Part shown: piece by piece, positions 63,309-64,000 of the stretch
Numbering within the stretch: position 1 is the first letter of the stretch
Layout: each line of letters begins with the position of its first letter
Origin: a virus
DNA: 64,000 nt
Virus record (IMG/VR): IMGVR_UViG_3300010354_000065
Coordinates: 1-64,000 of that record
Direction: 5' to 3' (one strand)
Notes under the pieces: generated by a model
The model's input: the letters and a program-made list of their open reading frames with translations, nothing else
What the model was told of the DNA's origin: nothing
The model's database searches: none
Position numbers and translations under genes: made by a program

Positions 63309-63999
63309 TAACAAAGAATTTTTGCACAATCCATCCACAAAAATCCCATTCACCGGGTTTGTTTGCATACGCAAAATTATACTCATACGGACGAGCGTGG
63401 TGATTATTATGTAGACCTTCACCTAAAGTCAACGCATTCCAAAGTTTATTGTTGATACTGTCATCTTTGGTATCAAAATTCTTGTATCCCCACATATGAC
63501 CTAAGCTAAGTTGCGTTCCTGCAACAAATTGAACATACCCACATGGAATGACGTAGCAGAACAAAAACAAGTAAGGGTCAATAATAAGCAAGAGCACACA
63601 ATACAATGCAATAGTTGGCCAATACCAATTATGAAAAAACGTGACCGGCTTTTTGGCAAGAAGATCACGAATATGTTTGGTCTGTATTGCCTTTGTTTTT
63701 TCTTGATCAACAAAACTAAAAAACGATCGCCAAAAACCTAGCTGCTTAGGACAGTGTGGATCAAGATCGGTATCGCTGTGAGCGTGGTGATAGCGATGGA
63801 GAGCAGAATAGTGTATCGCTGTATGTGTTGTTCCCAACGTAGCAAGCAGCGCCATCAACCACTCACGTTTCGATCCAGTCTGAAAACTACGATGACTGAA
63901 GTACCGATGTTGTCCAATTGAGTGTCCTACCTTAGAAATCAGCAACACTGCCACTACGGTTACGAGCACGTACCAAAAACTTACATTAACTGCAAGCAT
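63304..63999 (-). CDS. Membrane fatty-acid desaturase (delta-9 type); N-terminus may extend beyond the window
   Basis: Three His boxes: HRYFSH, HRYHH and GEGLHNNHH; hydrophobic segments. Confidence 0.92.
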   Translation of the reverse strand: MLAVNVSFWYVLVTVVAVLLISKVGHSIGQHRYFSHRSFQTGSKREWLMALLATLGTTHTAIHYSALHRYHHAHSDTDLDPHCPKQLGFWRSFFSFVDQEKTKAIQTKHIRDLLAKKPVTFFHNWYWPTIALYCVLLLIIDPYLFLFCYVIPCGYVQFVAGTQLSLGHMWGYKNFDTKDDSINNKLWNALTLGEGLHNNHHARPYEYNFAYANKPGEWDFCGWIVQKFFVK

Positions 64000-64000
64000 A

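Overview
A 64-kb segment of a large, AT-rich T4-like myovirus genome. Positions 1-43.4 kb (minus strand) hold the late virion block: the gp18 start, gp17/16/15/14/13, fibre proteins, a methyltransferase/glycosyltransferase/oxygenase cluster, two giant (Y/F)-(T/S/A)-G-x repeat proteins, a DUF4815/VrlC-like protein split into three ORFs, and baseplate genes gp8, gp7, gp6, gp25, gp5, a gp27-like hub, gp53 and gp48. Positions 43.4-50.7 kb (plus strand) hold gp4, gp2, gp54, gp26, gp51 and two hub/tape-measure-like proteins, followed by gp32, gp59 and gp33 on the minus strand. Positions 52.5-64 kb form an accessory and translation region with 26 CCA-encoding tRNAs covering all 20 amino acids, several stem-enclosed unknown RNAs, seven HxD/HxG..H oxygenase-like ORFs, a radical SAM/SPASM enzyme, a SleB-type hydrolase, a desaturase and a circularly permuted two-piece tmRNA. 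The tmRNA tag, ANDERFALAA, suggests a betaproteobacterial host. The strongest novel signal is a four-segment transcription attenuator directly upstream of the tRNA array. Its 35-codon leader peptide uses 30 different codons and 19 amino acids, making it a candidate sensor of general tRNA depletion. Other highlights are a probable -1 frameshift joining gp26 to gp51, mirror-symmetric repeat expansions in the giant repeat protein, and an rrn-like promoter plus boxA on the tRNA operon. All calls come from manual reading and motif recognition; no searches were run.
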